Below are positions 1-9,238 of a stretch of 64,000 bases of DNA, piece by piece. Source of the DNA: an uncultured Eubacteriales bacterium (GTDB lineage Bacteria; Bacillota; Clostridia; TANB77; CAG-508); contig CATKWX010000005.1 of NCBI GenBank assembly GCA_949840345.1, positions 31,977 to 95,976 on the forward strand. The letters run 5' to 3'. The position numbers were made by a program, and so were the translations under genes. The first letter of the stretch is position 1. Each line of letters begins with the position of its first letter. The notes beneath the pieces were generated by a model. It was given only the letters and a program-made list of their open reading frames with translations, searched no databases and was not told where the DNA came from.

Positions 1-1142
1 TTTCTTCCCAAGCCTAAATTCCTGTAATCTTTTAAAAAACAAAATCTTTGAATTTTTATAGTTTCATTATTTATTTTTAGACATCTTAATGTTCCTATAT
101 TAATAGAATTATACACTATCAAAAAATGGTCACAATTCGTACAAATTTCATCATACTTATCAACTTCAATTTCTTTAGGAACATTTTTCTCTTTTGTGAA
201 TACTGTATCTCTTATATTTAGTGCTTCTTCAAGCATACATTCATTATTTATTTTCTTTATTTCTAAAATTTCTGTATACTCTTCAGTTTCTTTATTTACA
301 ATTTGTTTTGCTTCATCTATGTATTTATAATTTAAACTATTACTTTGGGATATTGCAGATTTTTTAGTTTCTTTCTCATATAAATCTTTCGCTCCTTTTG
401 CAACTCCTCCACCACGTTTTGCTACATTTAAATTTTCTTTTAAACCTTGCGGACGTTCTTCTCTTGCTATATCCCTTGTTGCTATTTCTCCAATATTTGT
501 AAGTGCTACTTCTATATCTGTCATATTATCTCTTAAAGATTCTTTCCTAATACCTTTAAGTTTTTTATATTCACTAGCTTTCATTCCTGACCAGCCTTTG
601 TATATTTCATTTGTTAAAAGTGCATATTCATAGTTTTCAGTAATACCATTTTCTTTCCATGTATCAGTCAATTTCTTTCTGTTTAAAATACCATTCAGTC
701 TTTCTGAAATCCATTTATCACTATATCCTCTATTTCTGTAATAATCTATTGCACGATTAACAGCAATTTCAGGATCAAATACTTCATCCACTCTTTCTTT
801 TCCAAGCGATGCTAACCACATCTTAAATGGTTCCGCTTTTGGAGATGGAACTGATTCTATAAGTCTAAAAATTCCTTTTGTATCTAAGGTATCGGTTTCT
901 CTCATTTTTCCGTCTGGTGCTAACATTTTCAACTGCACGATATTTTCGTGCAGTTCACTTCCCTCAGATTTCAACTTTCTTTTTAAATCACTCCAATAAT
1001 TTCTTGGAATGTTACTATCAGTCAATGCGCTTATAACATCTACAACACTAAAAAAATATTCTTCTTTTTCACTATCCCATATGCTTCTAATTTCTTTGTT
1101 TTCAAATAAATTTGATATTGTTTCTAGTTTATTACTATCCAT
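1..1142 (-). CDS. BRO-N/DinD-like N-terminal domain fused to a GNAT acetyltransferase-like C-terminus (3' end beyond window)
   Basis: Open at the window edge, so absent from the ORF track. ATG 1142-1140 with AGGAAGG 8 nt upstream. Own translation: MDSNKLETISNLFENKEIRSIWDSEKEEYFFSVVDVISALTDS..NYWSDLKRKLKSEGSEL (BRO-N/antirepressor-like) ... CDHFLIVYNSINIGTLRCLK..IQRFCFLKDYRNLGLGR (GNAT R-x-x-G-x-G loop). No stop down to nt 3. Confidence 0.6.
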   Translation of the reverse strand, partial: MDSNKLETISNLFENKEIRSIWDSEKEEYFFSVVDVISALTDSNIPRNYWSDLKRKLKSEGSELHENIVQLKMLAPDGKMRETDTLDTKGIFRLIESVPSPKAEPFKMWLASLGKERVDEVFDPEIAVNRAIDYYRNRGYSDKWISERLNGILNRKKLTDTWKENGITENYEYALLTNEIYKGWSGMKASEYKKLKGIRKESLRDNMTDIEVALTNIGEIATRDIAREERPQGLKENLNVAKRGGGVAKGAKDLYEKETKKSAISQSNSLNYKYIDEAKQIVNKETEEYTEILEIKKINNECMLEEALNIRDTVFTKEKNVPKEIEVDKYDEICTNCDHFLIVYNSINIGTLRCLKINNETIKIQRFCFLKDYRNLGLGR

Positions 1143-1250
1143 AAATACCGCCTTCCTATTTTAGCATAATTGACAAATTATTTTTAAATTATATCATAAA
1201 TGTTGTATTTTACAAACCCAAATTTACAAATTATTCCTATTTTAACATAA

Positions 1251-1273
1251 GGGCGCAAGCATGCGCCCCTACA
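1251..1273 (+). repeat. REP-like GC hairpin + CTACA tail (subfamily S3)
   Basis: gggcgca-agca-tgcgccc-ctaca. Confidence 0.8.
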
Positions 1274-1339
1274 GCGTGTGATATGTTAATCAAAAAGACG
1301 ATTTTTTATATGATAAAAAGATAAGGACTCTTGTCCTTA

Positions 1340-1810
1340 TTAAAATTTATAATTATTCCTATCTGCTCTTTCATCGAATTCTCTATCAAATTGTTCATTT
1401 TTATAAAACCAGTCTGTTTTTTTATCTTTTGTACTTCCCTTTCTGTTTTTGTTTATAGCAATATCAACTACAGTTGCTAATGCTATTATTACAGCTATAA
1501 ATGATATGAATACATTAAAAGCTTGCATTGTACCTAATTGTTCTCCATTTTGTACTTGAATAAATGCATTTACTATGTCTTTTCCGAAGTACCAACCATA
1601 AGATACCATATACAATATTGCTCCAATTAGTTGTCTTCTAACTATTAAAACTATACACAATAATGCAACAAAAAGCATTATTATTTCTGCTGTTAGATCT
1701 GGCACTGCAAATCCTATATCTATATTTAGTGAAGTTGTTACTGCTACTACTACTCTAAATATCCAAAATAGTCCTGCAAACATTGTTATTAAATAACTTA
1801 TTAATGACAT
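1340..1810 (-). CDS. small integral membrane protein, function unknown
   Basis: ORF 1340..1861 trimmed to ATG 1810 (GGAGGAG 5 nt upstream). The 17 upstream codons are a read-through of a GC hairpin repeat. Several hydrophobic helices. Confidence 0.6.
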   Translation of the reverse strand: MSLISYLITMFAGLFWIFRVVVAVTTSLNIDIGFAVPDLTAEIIMLFVALLCIVLIVRRQLIGAILYMVSYGWYFGKDIVNAFIQVQNGEQLGTMQAFNVFISFIAVIIALATVVDIAINKNRKGSTKDKKTDWFYKNEQFDREFDERADRNNYKF

Positions 1811-1850
1811 AATTTCTCCTCCATTTTTTATTGAGTATTTCTTCGAAGTT

Positions 1851-1875
1851 CGGACGACCAATGGTCGCCCCTACA
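1851..1875 (+). repeat. REP-like GC hairpin + CTACA tail (S4)
   Basis: cggacgacc-aat-ggtcgccc-ctaca. Confidence 0.8.
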
Positions 1876-1901
1876 AATCGACATATTTTCTGCTTTGTTT
1901 T

Positions 1902-2852
1902 TTATTTTATATATTGTTTTACTTCGCTTATTATTTTTTCTTTTGCTTGGTCTAATGGCATTTGTATATTGAAACCCGCAGCTTTTACGTGTCCACCGCC
2001 ACCAAACATTAAAGAAATATCTGCTACATTTACATATTCGGTTGAACGAAGTGATACTTTGTATCCATTGTCATTTTCTCTTAAATATATTGATACTTCT
2101 ACTCCTTCTATATCTCTTCCTAATTCAACAATTCCTTCATGGTCTCCTGTTTGTGTATGTATTTGCTCTTCATCTTTTTTCGTAGTATATGTAAAAGAAA
2201 TTTTTCCATTTTCGAAAAATTCTAATCTGTCTATTGCAACTTTTCTTAGCTCAAATGCCTCTTTGGTTATAACTTGGAATACTTTTCTATATACTTCTGA
2301 TATATTTACACCTTTATTTAATAAGCTTGCTGCAAATTCAAAGGTTTCAGCTGTTACTCCTTGATATTTAAATCCACCTGTATCTGTAATTATTCCAGCA
2401 ACCAAGCAAGTTCCTATGTCTTTGCCTATTTCTATTCCTATATACTCTAAAGCAGTAACTAATATTTGTGCACAAGCTGGAGCTACTGGATTTACAAAGT
2501 TTAAATCTGCAAACATTGTATTTACACTATGGTGGTCTATATTTATGCTTTTATTTGCTTGATCAAAATAATTCGCATATCCATTTAATCTTTTTACGTC
2601 AGAGCAATCTAGCACTATTGCTAAATCATAACTGTCTTGTTTTCCCTCTTTTTTTATTTCTTTAGCCCCTGGTAAAAAAGCAAAGTTTTTTGGATATTCA
2701 GGTATTACTAAATCTACAGTTTTACCTATTTGCTTTAACCCATTATACATTGCTAAACTGCTACCCACAGCATCACCATCTGGCATTTCGTGAGTTAATA
2801 TTACTATGTCTTTTGCATTTTGTATTTCTTCTTTTATACTATCTAGTGTCAT
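1902..2852 (-). CDS. nrnA: DHH/DHHA1 phosphoesterase, NrnA-type oligoribonuclease/pAp phosphatase
   Basis: HEMPDGDAVGS, IDHHS and GGGGH motifs; lies after rbfA as in Bacillus. Start moved to ATG 2852 (AGGAAG upstream); the 17 upstream codons of the track ORF are repeat-derived. Confidence 0.8.
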   Translation of the reverse strand: MTLDSIKEEIQNAKDIVILTHEMPDGDAVGSSLAMYNGLKQIGKTVDLVIPEYPKNFAFLPGAKEIKKEGKQDSYDLAIVLDCSDVKRLNGYANYFDQANKSINIDHHSVNTMFADLNFVNPVAPACAQILVTALEYIGIEIGKDIGTCLVAGIITDTGGFKYQGVTAETFEFAASLLNKGVNISEVYRKVFQVITKEAFELRKVAIDRLEFFENGKISFTYTTKKDEEQIHTQTGDHEGIVELGRDIEGVEVSIYLRENDNGYKVSLRSTEYVNVADISLMFGGGGHVKAAGFNIQMPLDQAKEKIISEVKQYIK

Positions 2853-2868
2853 TTTAAATCTTCCTTTC

Positions 2869-2925
2869 CAAAATTTGCTGAAAGCAAATTTTGTATTATT
2901 CATTATTCACTATTCATTATTCACT
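2869..2925 (+). repeat. T module: AT hairpin + TATTCAY heptamer run, abutting the nrnA SD
   Basis: caaaatttgc-tgaaa-gcaaattttg then tattattcattattcactattcattattcact. Confidence 0.8.
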
Positions 2926-2948
2926 GGGCGCAATCATGCGCCCCTACT
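2926..2948 (+). repeat. REP-like GC hairpin (S3, tail CTACT)
   Basis: gggcgca-atca-tgcgccc-ctact. Confidence 0.75.
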
Positions 2949-3005
2949 AACCATTCGCACCTACAATAATTTGCACCTAAAATAATTTGAGCATAATGGT
3001 GTCTT

Positions 3006-3033
3006 CGGAACGGCGAGGGCGCCGTTCCCTACA
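3006..3033 (+). repeat. REP-like GC hairpin + CTACA tail (S1)
   Basis: c-ggaacggcg-aggg-cgccgttcc-ctaca followed by acgtttgcaata. Confidence 0.85.
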
Positions 3034-3050
3034 ACGTTTGCAATAATTTT

Positions 3051-3416
3051 TTATTCTTTTGGTTTTAAATCTTTTGCAATGGTTTCTATAATTGAATCTA
3101 TTTTTGCTCCATATTCTAAAGATTCGTCTAATTCAAATACTAACTCTGGTGTTACTCTTAAATTAATTCTATTTGCGATTTGACTTCTTATATAACCTGA
3201 CGCTTGTTTTAATCCTACTAGTGTTTCTTTTTTATTTTTAGAATTTAATATACTTACATAAACTCTAGCATATCTTAAGTCTGGTGTAGTTTTTACTTTT
3301 GTAACACTAACCATACCTGTTATTTTACTGTTTTCTAGTTCAAAACTCACTATGCTACTAATTTCCTTTTTTAATTCCTCGTCAATTCTATTCATTCTAT
3401 TGCTATTTTTTTGCAA
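3051..3416 (-). CDS. rbfA: ribosome-binding factor A
   Basis: RbfA-like sequence (RIDEELKKEIS..VSVTKVKTTPDLRYARVYVS) directly downstream of infB. TTG start 3416 with GGAGGA 7 nt upstream. Confidence 0.9.
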   Translation of the reverse strand: MQKNSNRMNRIDEELKKEISSIVSFELENSKITGMVSVTKVKTTPDLRYARVYVSILNSKNKKETLVGLKQASGYIRSQIANRINLRVTPELVFELDESLEYGAKIDSIIETIAKDLKPKE

Positions 3417-3417
3417 T

Positions 3418-3573
3418 TTATCTTCCTCCTCGGTCTCCTACATTAGGAAATTTTTTTCTGTTATTAGAACTGTTTGCTTTTTTTAAACTGCTTAATAATC
3501 TTCTTTCATATTCTGCTCTATCAAAATTATTCTTCAAATTTTCTTTCATTTCTTCTCTTTTTTTATCACTCAT
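3418..3573 (-). CDS. possible small basic protein (51 aa), unknown
   Basis: Not in the track (<60 aa). ATG 3573 with GAGGTG 6 nt upstream. MSDKKREEMKENLKNNFDRAEYERRLLSSLKKANSSNNRKKFPNVGDRGGR. Its stop abuts the rbfA start. Confidence 0.3.
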   Translation of the reverse strand: MSDKKREEMKENLKNNFDRAEYERRLLSSLKKANSSNNRKKFPNVGDRGGR

Positions 3574-3652
3574 ATAAAACACCTCTATTCTATATATAAC
3601 TTCTTTTAAGTGTCTTTATACATTTTTTGTACTACTAATTAACTTTCTCTTT

Positions 3653-3779
3653 AAATTTTGAAAAGAATTAGTATATTGCTAGGCATTTAAAGTGAGAAAT
3701 ACCGGAAGCGTACGTGTTGTACGCTGAGGATTTTCTCAATTTAAATAACGACGCAAGATGCTGATTATTTTCAAAATTT
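3653..3779 (+). repeat. family A MITE-like long hairpin (~125 bp), copy 1
   Basis: aaattttgaaaagaattagtat..ataccggaagcgtacgtgttgtacgctgaggatttt..gctgattattttcaaaattt. Abuts the infB stop. Confidence 0.85.
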
Positions 3780-6719
3780 TTATCTTTTTACTTCTTCCAT
3801 AACATAAACTTCCAACACGTCGCCTTCTTTTATGTCATTAAAGTCTTCTAGTTGTATACCACACTCATATCCTAATGCAACTTCTTTTGCATCATCTTTA
3901 AATCTCTTTAAAGATACAAGTTTTCCTTCATATACTACTATATTTTCTCTTAGAAGTCTTACTCCTGCATTTCTTGCAACTTTTCCATTAGTTACATAGC
4001 ATCCTGCAATCGTTCCAACATTTGAAACTTTAAATACCTGTCTTATTTCTGCATTTCCTATAACTACTTCTTTAAATACTGGATCTAGCATACCTTTCAT
4101 AGCAGCTTCTACATCTTCTATAGCATTGTATATTACAGAATATGTTTTTATTTCTACTTCCTCTTTTTCTGCAATTTCTTTTGCCATTGCGTCTGGTCTT
4201 ACATTAAAAGCAATTATTATAGCTTTTGATACTTTCGCAAGTGTTACATCTGATTCTGTAACAGCTCCAACATTTGAGTGAATTACTTTTACTTGTACTT
4301 CTTCGTTAGATAATTTTTCTAATGATTGTTTTACAGCCTCTACTGAACCTTGAACATCTGCTTTTACTATTAAGTTTAATTGTTTTAGGTGTCCTTTTTC
4401 TATTTGGCTAAATAAATCGTCTAAAGTTACTCTAGAAGTAGCATTTAATGCTTTATCTCTTTCTTGACGTTTTCTTCTTTCCATTAAATGTTTTGCAGTT
4501 TTTTCATCTTTTACTTCATAGAAAGTTTCTCCTGCAACTGGCACTTCAGGTAAACCTATTACTTCTACTGGAGTTGATGGTCCTGCTTTTTTTACAGATT
4601 GACCTTTATCGTTTGTCATTGCTCTTATTCTTCCTATGACAGAACCTACAAGAATTGTATCTCCTATGTCTAGGCATCCACGTTGTACTAACATTGTTGC
4701 AATTGGTCCTCTTGACTTATCAAGTTTTGCTTCTATTACTGCACCTTTGGCTTGTTTATTTGGATTTACTTTTAATTCCTTCATATCTGCAACTAATAAT
4801 ACCATTTCTAGTAGATTATCTATATTCATTCTCTTCTTTGCAGAAATTGGAACAAATATTGTATCTCCGCCCCATTCTTCTGGAACTAACCCATATTCTG
4901 TTAATTCTTGTTTTACTTTTTCAGGATTTGCTCCCTCTAAATCTATTTTATTAATAGCTACTACTATTGGGATTCCAGCAGCTTTTGCGTGATTAATTGC
5001 TTCTATTGTTTGAGGCATAACTCCGTCATTTGCTGCAACTACTAATATTGCTATATCTGTTATTTGCGCACCTCTTGCTCTCATACTTGTAAATGCCTCA
5101 TGTCCTGGAGTATCTAAGAAGGTTATTTCTCTTCCATTTACTTCTACTTTATATGCACCTATATGTTGCGTAATTCCTCCAGCTTCTCCTTCTATTACAT
5201 TTGTTGATCTAACAGCATCTAGAAGTGATGTTTTACCATGGTCTACGTGACCCATAACAACAACTACTGGAGCTCTTGAAATTAAGTCTTCTGCTTTATC
5301 TTCTGTATCATCGAAAAGAATATCTTCTTCTGTTATTATCTCCTTTTTATGTGCTGTTATTCCATATTCTCCAGCAATTAAAAATGCTGTATCAAAATCT
5401 ACTGAATTATTAATTGTTGCAAGTGTTCCATAGCCTAATAGTTTTTTTATAATTTCACTACTTGTTTTCTTTAGTTCAGCAGCTAAATCTTTTACTGTTA
5501 TAGTTTCTGGTATTGTTATATCTGTTAATTGGAAGATTTTTTGTTTTACTCTTTCTTCTTGAGGTTGATTTTTCTTTTTGTTTCTCTTTCCTCTTTCTGT
5601 AGTTAAATCATAGTAATCTAACATAGAACCTTCGTTAAACATATGTGACAATTTGTTTACTTGTTTTAATCCTTTTAATTTTCCCTCATCATAATCATTA
5701 TCACTTCTTCTAGATTTTGAAGGCTTTTTATTTGCTTTGTTCTCCTCATATCTACTACTTTTTTGTTTATCTATAGCTTTATTTGCATACTCTCTAACAT
5801 TTTCTTTTTCTACAATATCTGAAGCCATTATATCTTTAATATTTTTTTCAATTCTTCTTTCATCTAATGGTCTGTTCTCCCTATTAAATGGACGGTTTCC
5901 ATCTCTGTTAAATGGGCGACTACTATTATCTCTATTAAATGGTCTATTTCCATCTCTATTAAATGGGCGACTACCGTTATCTCTATTAAATGGTCTATTT
6001 CCATCTCTATTAAATGGACGACCACCATTATCTCTATTAAATGGTCTATTTCCATCTCTATTAAATGGGCGACTACCGTTATCTCTATTAAATGGTCTAT
6101 TCCCATCTCTATTAAATGGGCGACTACTATTATCTCTATTTATTTGATTATCTGTATTACTAATTTCTGTTTTTGTTTCCTCTTTTTGATGCGTAATATC
6201 TGTCTCTACATTGTTCTTTTGCTCTTCGTTCGGACGAGTAATGCTCTCTTCCATGGCAATTTCTCTTGCGCTAGTACTACTTTCTTCTGCCACTTTTTTA
6301 GGTTCCTTTTTTATTCCAAATAATTCACTTACTGTAAGTGGTTTATTTGGTTTGTTTCTGTAAACTATATTAAAATCTTTTTTTCTCTCATTTTCCACAA
6401 AACCAATATCTGCTTTCTTTTCTTCTTTCTTTTCAGTTTGCTTTTCATGCATAGTAGTTGCATCTGTGTTTATTACTTCTCTTCTAATTATAACTGGAAC
6501 ATCTGGTTTAGATTTCTCTTCTTTAGGGCGAGTGTTAGTTGCCCCTACATTTTTTGTCATTTTATTTGAAAAGCACTCTTCTATTCTCTTGGCTTCGTTT
6601 TCTTCTACTCCGCTTAAATGAGTTTTTACATCTATTCCTAATTCCTTTGCCTTATCTAACACTTCTTTACTATTTAAGTTTAGCTTTTTTGCAATTTCAT
6701 GTATTTTGATTTTACCCAA
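3780..6719 (-). CDS. infB: translation initiation factor IF-2 with a repeat-expanded N-terminal region
   Basis: GTPase motifs ([18 protein letters not shown]) and IF-2 C-terminal domains. Likely TTG start 6719 (GGAGGTG 6 nt upstream, giving [13 protein letters not shown]); the ATG at 6734 overlaps the SD. Confidence 0.95.
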   Translation of the reverse strand: MGKIKIHEIAKKLNLNSKEVLDKAKELGIDVKTHLSGVEENEAKRIEECFSNKMTKNVGATNTRPKEEKSKPDVPVIIRREVINTDATTMHEKQTEKKEEKKADIGFVENERKKDFNIVYRNKPNKPLTVSELFGIKKEPKKVAEESSTSAREIAMEESITRPNEEQKNNVETDITHQKEETKTEISNTDNQINRDNSSRPFNRDGNRPFNRDNGSRPFNRDGNRPFNRDNGGRPFNRDGNRPFNRDNGSRPFNRDGNRPFNRDNSSRPFNRDGNRPFNRENRPLDERRIEKNIKDIMASDIVEKENVREYANKAIDKQKSSRYEENKANKKPSKSRRSDNDYDEGKLKGLKQVNKLSHMFNEGSMLDYYDLTTERGKRNKKKNQPQEERVKQKIFQLTDITIPETITVKDLAAELKKTSSEIIKKLLGYGTLATINNSVDFDTAFLIAGEYGITAHKKEIITEEDILFDDTEDKAEDLISRAPVVVVMGHVDHGKTSLLDAVRSTNVIEGEAGGITQHIGAYKVEVNGREITFLDTPGHEAFTSMRARGAQITDIAILVVAANDGVMPQTIEAINHAKAAGIPIVVAINKIDLEGANPEKVKQELTEYGLVPEEWGGDTIFVPISAKKRMNIDNLLEMVLLVADMKELKVNPNKQAKGAVIEAKLDKSRGPIATMLVQRGCLDIGDTILVGSVIGRIRAMTNDKGQSVKKAGPSTPVEVIGLPEVPVAGETFYEVKDEKTAKHLMERRKRQERDKALNATSRVTLDDLFSQIEKGHLKQLNLIVKADVQGSVEAVKQSLEKLSNEEVQVKVIHSNVGAVTESDVTLAKVSKAIIIAFNVRPDAMAKEIAEKEEVEIKTYSVIYNAIEDVEAAMKGMLDPVFKEVVIGNAEIRQVFKVSNVGTIAGCYVTNGKVARNAGVRLLRENIVVYEGKLVSLKRFKDDAKEVALGYECGIQLEDFNDIKEGDVLEVYVMEEVKR
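5878..6140 (-). repeat. about five tandem 51-nt coding repeats in infB
   Basis: The protein repeat [17 protein letters not shown] recurs; the DNA unit is tctctattaaatggtctatttccatctctattaaatgggcgactaccgttatc. Confidence 0.9.
6526..6549 (+). repeat. degenerate REP-like element inside infB
   Basis: gggcgagtgttagttgccc-ctaca. Encodes ..VGATNTRP.. in the variable N-terminal region of IF-2. Confidence 0.45.
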
Positions 6720-7029
6720 TAGTGTCACCTCCATAAATTTTCTTTACTATCTCTTTAGCAATATTTTCGTTTTTTATTCCAATAACTCCTCTATTGCTTT
6801 TTCCTATTGATTTACTTAAATTTTCTATTTCTCCAAAAATATGTATTGGAATATTGTTTTTATCACATATAAATTTCATATTCTTAATAGTTTTTTCGGA
6901 ACAATCTTTAGCTACTATAACTAACTTTGCTTTTTTCTTTTCCACAGTTTCAATTGTTATATCTGTACCAGATACTATATCTCCCGCTTTTGCACATATT
7001 CCTAGCAATCCATATATTTTATTTGTCAC
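6712..7029 (-). CDS. ylxQ: L7Ae-family RNA-binding protein YlxQ
   Basis: Between ylxR and infB. L7Ae-like sequence ([23 protein letters not shown]). Confidence 0.8.
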   Translation of the reverse strand: MTNKIYGLLGICAKAGDIVSGTDITIETVEKKKAKLVIVAKDCSEKTIKNMKFICDKNNIPIHIFGEIENLSKSIGKSNRGVIGIKNENIAKEIVKKIYGGDTIG

Positions 7030-7312
7030 AAATTACACCTCTTAATTTATCATAAATATCATTATCTATTTTTGTTTCTAATACACGTTCTAATCTTTTT
7101 GTTTTAATAACCTTTTCTAAACATTCTATACTATCACATATGTATGCGCCTCGTCCTTCTAGTTTTCCTATTTTGTCTATAAATATATTTCCATCTTTGT
7201 TTTTTACAATTCGAATTAAATCTTTTTTATCCTTTTTTTGATTACAGCCCATACAACTTCTCTGTGGAATTTTTTTCAAGGTCTTCACATCCTTTTTAGT
7301 ATTATTCTTCAT
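7019..7312 (-). CDS. ylxR: YlxR/DUF448 RNA-binding protein
   Basis: RSCMGCNQKKDKKDLIRIV...GRGAYIC signature. Immediately after nusA, overlapping it by 11 nt. Confidence 0.85.
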   Translation of the reverse strand: MKNNTKKDVKTLKKIPQRSCMGCNQKKDKKDLIRIVKNKDGNIFIDKIGKLEGRGAYICDSIECLEKVIKTKRLERVLETKIDNDIYDKLRGVICDK

Positions 7313-8423
7313 TAGATACTGTATCTTCTGCTTCTTCTGCAGTTTCTATATCTTCTTGTGCACTTGCTAGTAATTCTTTAAATTGTGTTTCGCTTTTTAT
7401 ATCTATTTTCCAATTTGTTAATCTTGCTGCAAGTCTTGCATTTTGGCCGGATTTTCCTATTGCTAATGATAATTGGTCATCTGGAACTATTACTTGTGCA
7501 AATTTTTCTTCATCGTTTATATCTACTGCTAAAACTTGTGCTGGCAATAATGCTGCAGATATATAAATCGATGGGTCTTCATTCCACTCTATTACATCTA
7601 TTTTTTCGCCATTTAGTTCATTTATAATATTTTGAATTCTTATTCCCTTTTGTCCTACACAGGAACCAACTGGGTCTATGTCTGGATTCGTTGAATATAC
7701 TGCAACTTTGCTTCTACTTCCTGCATCTCTTGATACGCTCTTTATTTCGATTAGACCTTCATATATTTCTGGTATTTCAAATTCGAATAATTTTCTTACA
7801 AAGTCTGGGTTACTTCTTGATATCATAACTTGTGGAGCACCTTTTACTCCTTTTTCAACATCTACAACATATGCCCTTATTTTGTCGTTTACTCTATAGG
7901 TTTCTGTTGGTATTTTTTCTTTAGGTAGCATTATTCCTTCTAGCTTTCCTAAATCTAAAACAACAACTGCTCCATCTGCTTTTTGTATTATTCCTGTAAC
8001 GATTTCTCCCTTTCTATCGTTGTATTCAGAATAAATTATATCTCTTTCTGCTTCTCTAATTTTTTGTAGCATAACTTGTTTTGCTGTTTGAGCTGCTATT
8101 CTTCCAAAATCTTTTGGCATTATTTCTATTTCAACAGTATCTCCTAATTCATATTTTTTGCTCTTTTTTCTAGCTTGCTCTAAACTAATTTGTGTGTTGC
8201 AATCTTCTACTGCTTCAACAATTTCTTTTAGAGCATAGATATGTATTATTCCAGTAACACTATCTATTGTAACTTTTACATTTTCTAATGAATCGAAATT
8301 TTTCTTATATGCAGTTACTAAAGATGTTTCTAGTGATTCTAATAGATATTCTTTCTTTATTTTTTTCTCCTTTTCTAATTCTTCAATTGCTGTTATTAAT
8401 TCTTGACCATTCATTGTTTTCAT
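7302..8423 (-). CDS. nusA: transcription termination/antitermination factor NusA
   Basis: NusA N-terminal, S1 and two KH regions (VGSCVGQKGIRIQNI, AIGKSGQNARLAARLT). Confidence 0.95.
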   Translation of the reverse strand: MKTMNGQELITAIEELEKEKKIKKEYLLESLETSLVTAYKKNFDSLENVKVTIDSVTGIIHIYALKEIVEAVEDCNTQISLEQARKKSKKYELGDTVEIEIMPKDFGRIAAQTAKQVMLQKIREAERDIIYSEYNDRKGEIVTGIIQKADGAVVVLDLGKLEGIMLPKEKIPTETYRVNDKIRAYVVDVEKGVKGAPQVMISRSNPDFVRKLFEFEIPEIYEGLIEIKSVSRDAGSRSKVAVYSTNPDIDPVGSCVGQKGIRIQNIINELNGEKIDVIEWNEDPSIYISAALLPAQVLAVDINDEEKFAQVIVPDDQLSLAIGKSGQNARLAARLTNWKIDIKSETQFKELLASAQEDIETAEEAEDTVSNEE

Positions 8424-8455
8424 TCTTTTCTTCCTCCTTCAAAATTTGTTTTACC

Positions 8456-8478
8456 GGGCGATTAAAATCGCCCATACA
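8456..8478 (+). repeat. REP-like GC hairpin (tail ATACA)
   Basis: gggcgat-taaa-atcgccc-ataca. Confidence 0.7.
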
Positions 8479-8496
8479 ATTCATTATTAATTAACG

Positions 8497-8549
8497 CGGG
8501 CACAGTGGTGTCACGTATAGCGGGTATTCCCACAAACGGTGCCCCTACA
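8497..8549 (+). repeat. long REP-like element (S5, ~53 nt)
   Basis: cgggcacagtggtgtcacgtatagcgggtattcccacaaacggtgcccctaca. Outer stem gggcac/gtgccc, inner gtgg/ccac. Confidence 0.85.
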
Positions 8550-8550
8550 T

Positions 8551-8598
8551 CAAAATTTGCAAAGCAAATTTTGTATTATTCACTATTCATTATTCACT
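8551..8598 (+). repeat. T module
   Basis: caaaatttgc-aaa-gcaaattttg then tattattcactattcattattcact. Confidence 0.8.
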
Positions 8599-8608
8599 CG
8601 GCTCCCGC

Positions 8609-9064
8609 TTAGCTCCAATCGTATACTGTTTTTATTTGTGCAATATTTTTTCTATCAATAGACATTACATCTTCTAGCTTTATATCTATTTTTTCATCAT
8701 CAAAATCTACCAATTCACCTATATACTGCTTTTGCTTTTCTATTGGTTTAAACAACTTTATTTCTATAGTTTTTCCTATGTTTGCTTTTAAATGTTCATC
8801 TTTTCTTAAAATTCTTTCAATTCCAGGTGAAGACACTTCTAAAAAATATTGTTCTTTTATTAAATCTTTTTCATCTAGTATTCCATTAATTTCATTGCTT
8901 ACTTTCTCGCAGTCGTTTAAATCAATTCCAGTTTCTTTATCTATATATATTCTTAAAAAATGATCTTTTCCGACTTTAACATATTCAACATCATACAAGT
9001 TGTAACCTAAAGAATTAATTTTGCTCGTAAGCAAATCAGTTACTTTTTGTTCTATATTTGCCAA
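8609..9064 (-). CDS. rimP: ribosome maturation factor RimP
   Basis: RimP-like (LRIYIDKETGIDLNDCEKVS..EVSSPGIERIL). TTG start with AGGAGG upstream. Precedes nusA. Confidence 0.9.
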   Translation of the reverse strand: MANIEQKVTDLLTSKINSLGYNLYDVEYVKVGKDHFLRIYIDKETGIDLNDCEKVSNEINGILDEKDLIKEQYFLEVSSPGIERILRKDEHLKANIGKTIEIKLFKPIEKQKQYIGELVDFDDEKIDIKLEDVMSIDRKNIAQIKTVYDWS

Positions 9065-9199
9065 TATTTAACCTCCTATTTAAAAAACTTAAGAGTGGGA
9101 AACTGCTCCCACTCTTCTAGTACTTTTTTATGCTTGTTAATTATATACTTATTTTACACTAAATGCAAGCATTTAATGCAATTTTTTAAAAAAAATTTA

Positions 9200-9235
9200 A
9201 GAGACTACGTTTATTACAAACATAGTCTCTTTTTT
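9200..9235. terminator. terminator after cassette gene 9239..9577
   Basis: agagacta..tagtctct stem flanked by an A-run and a T-run. Confidence 0.6.
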
Positions 9236-9238
9236 CGG

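Noticed and set aside
5737-6147. 136-aa + strand ORF with LLNG repeats, and the 80-aa minus-strand ORF 5864..6106
   Set aside because: These are off-frame and antisense shadows of the 51-nt tandem repeats inside infB. They have no SD and overlap a well-supported gene completely.
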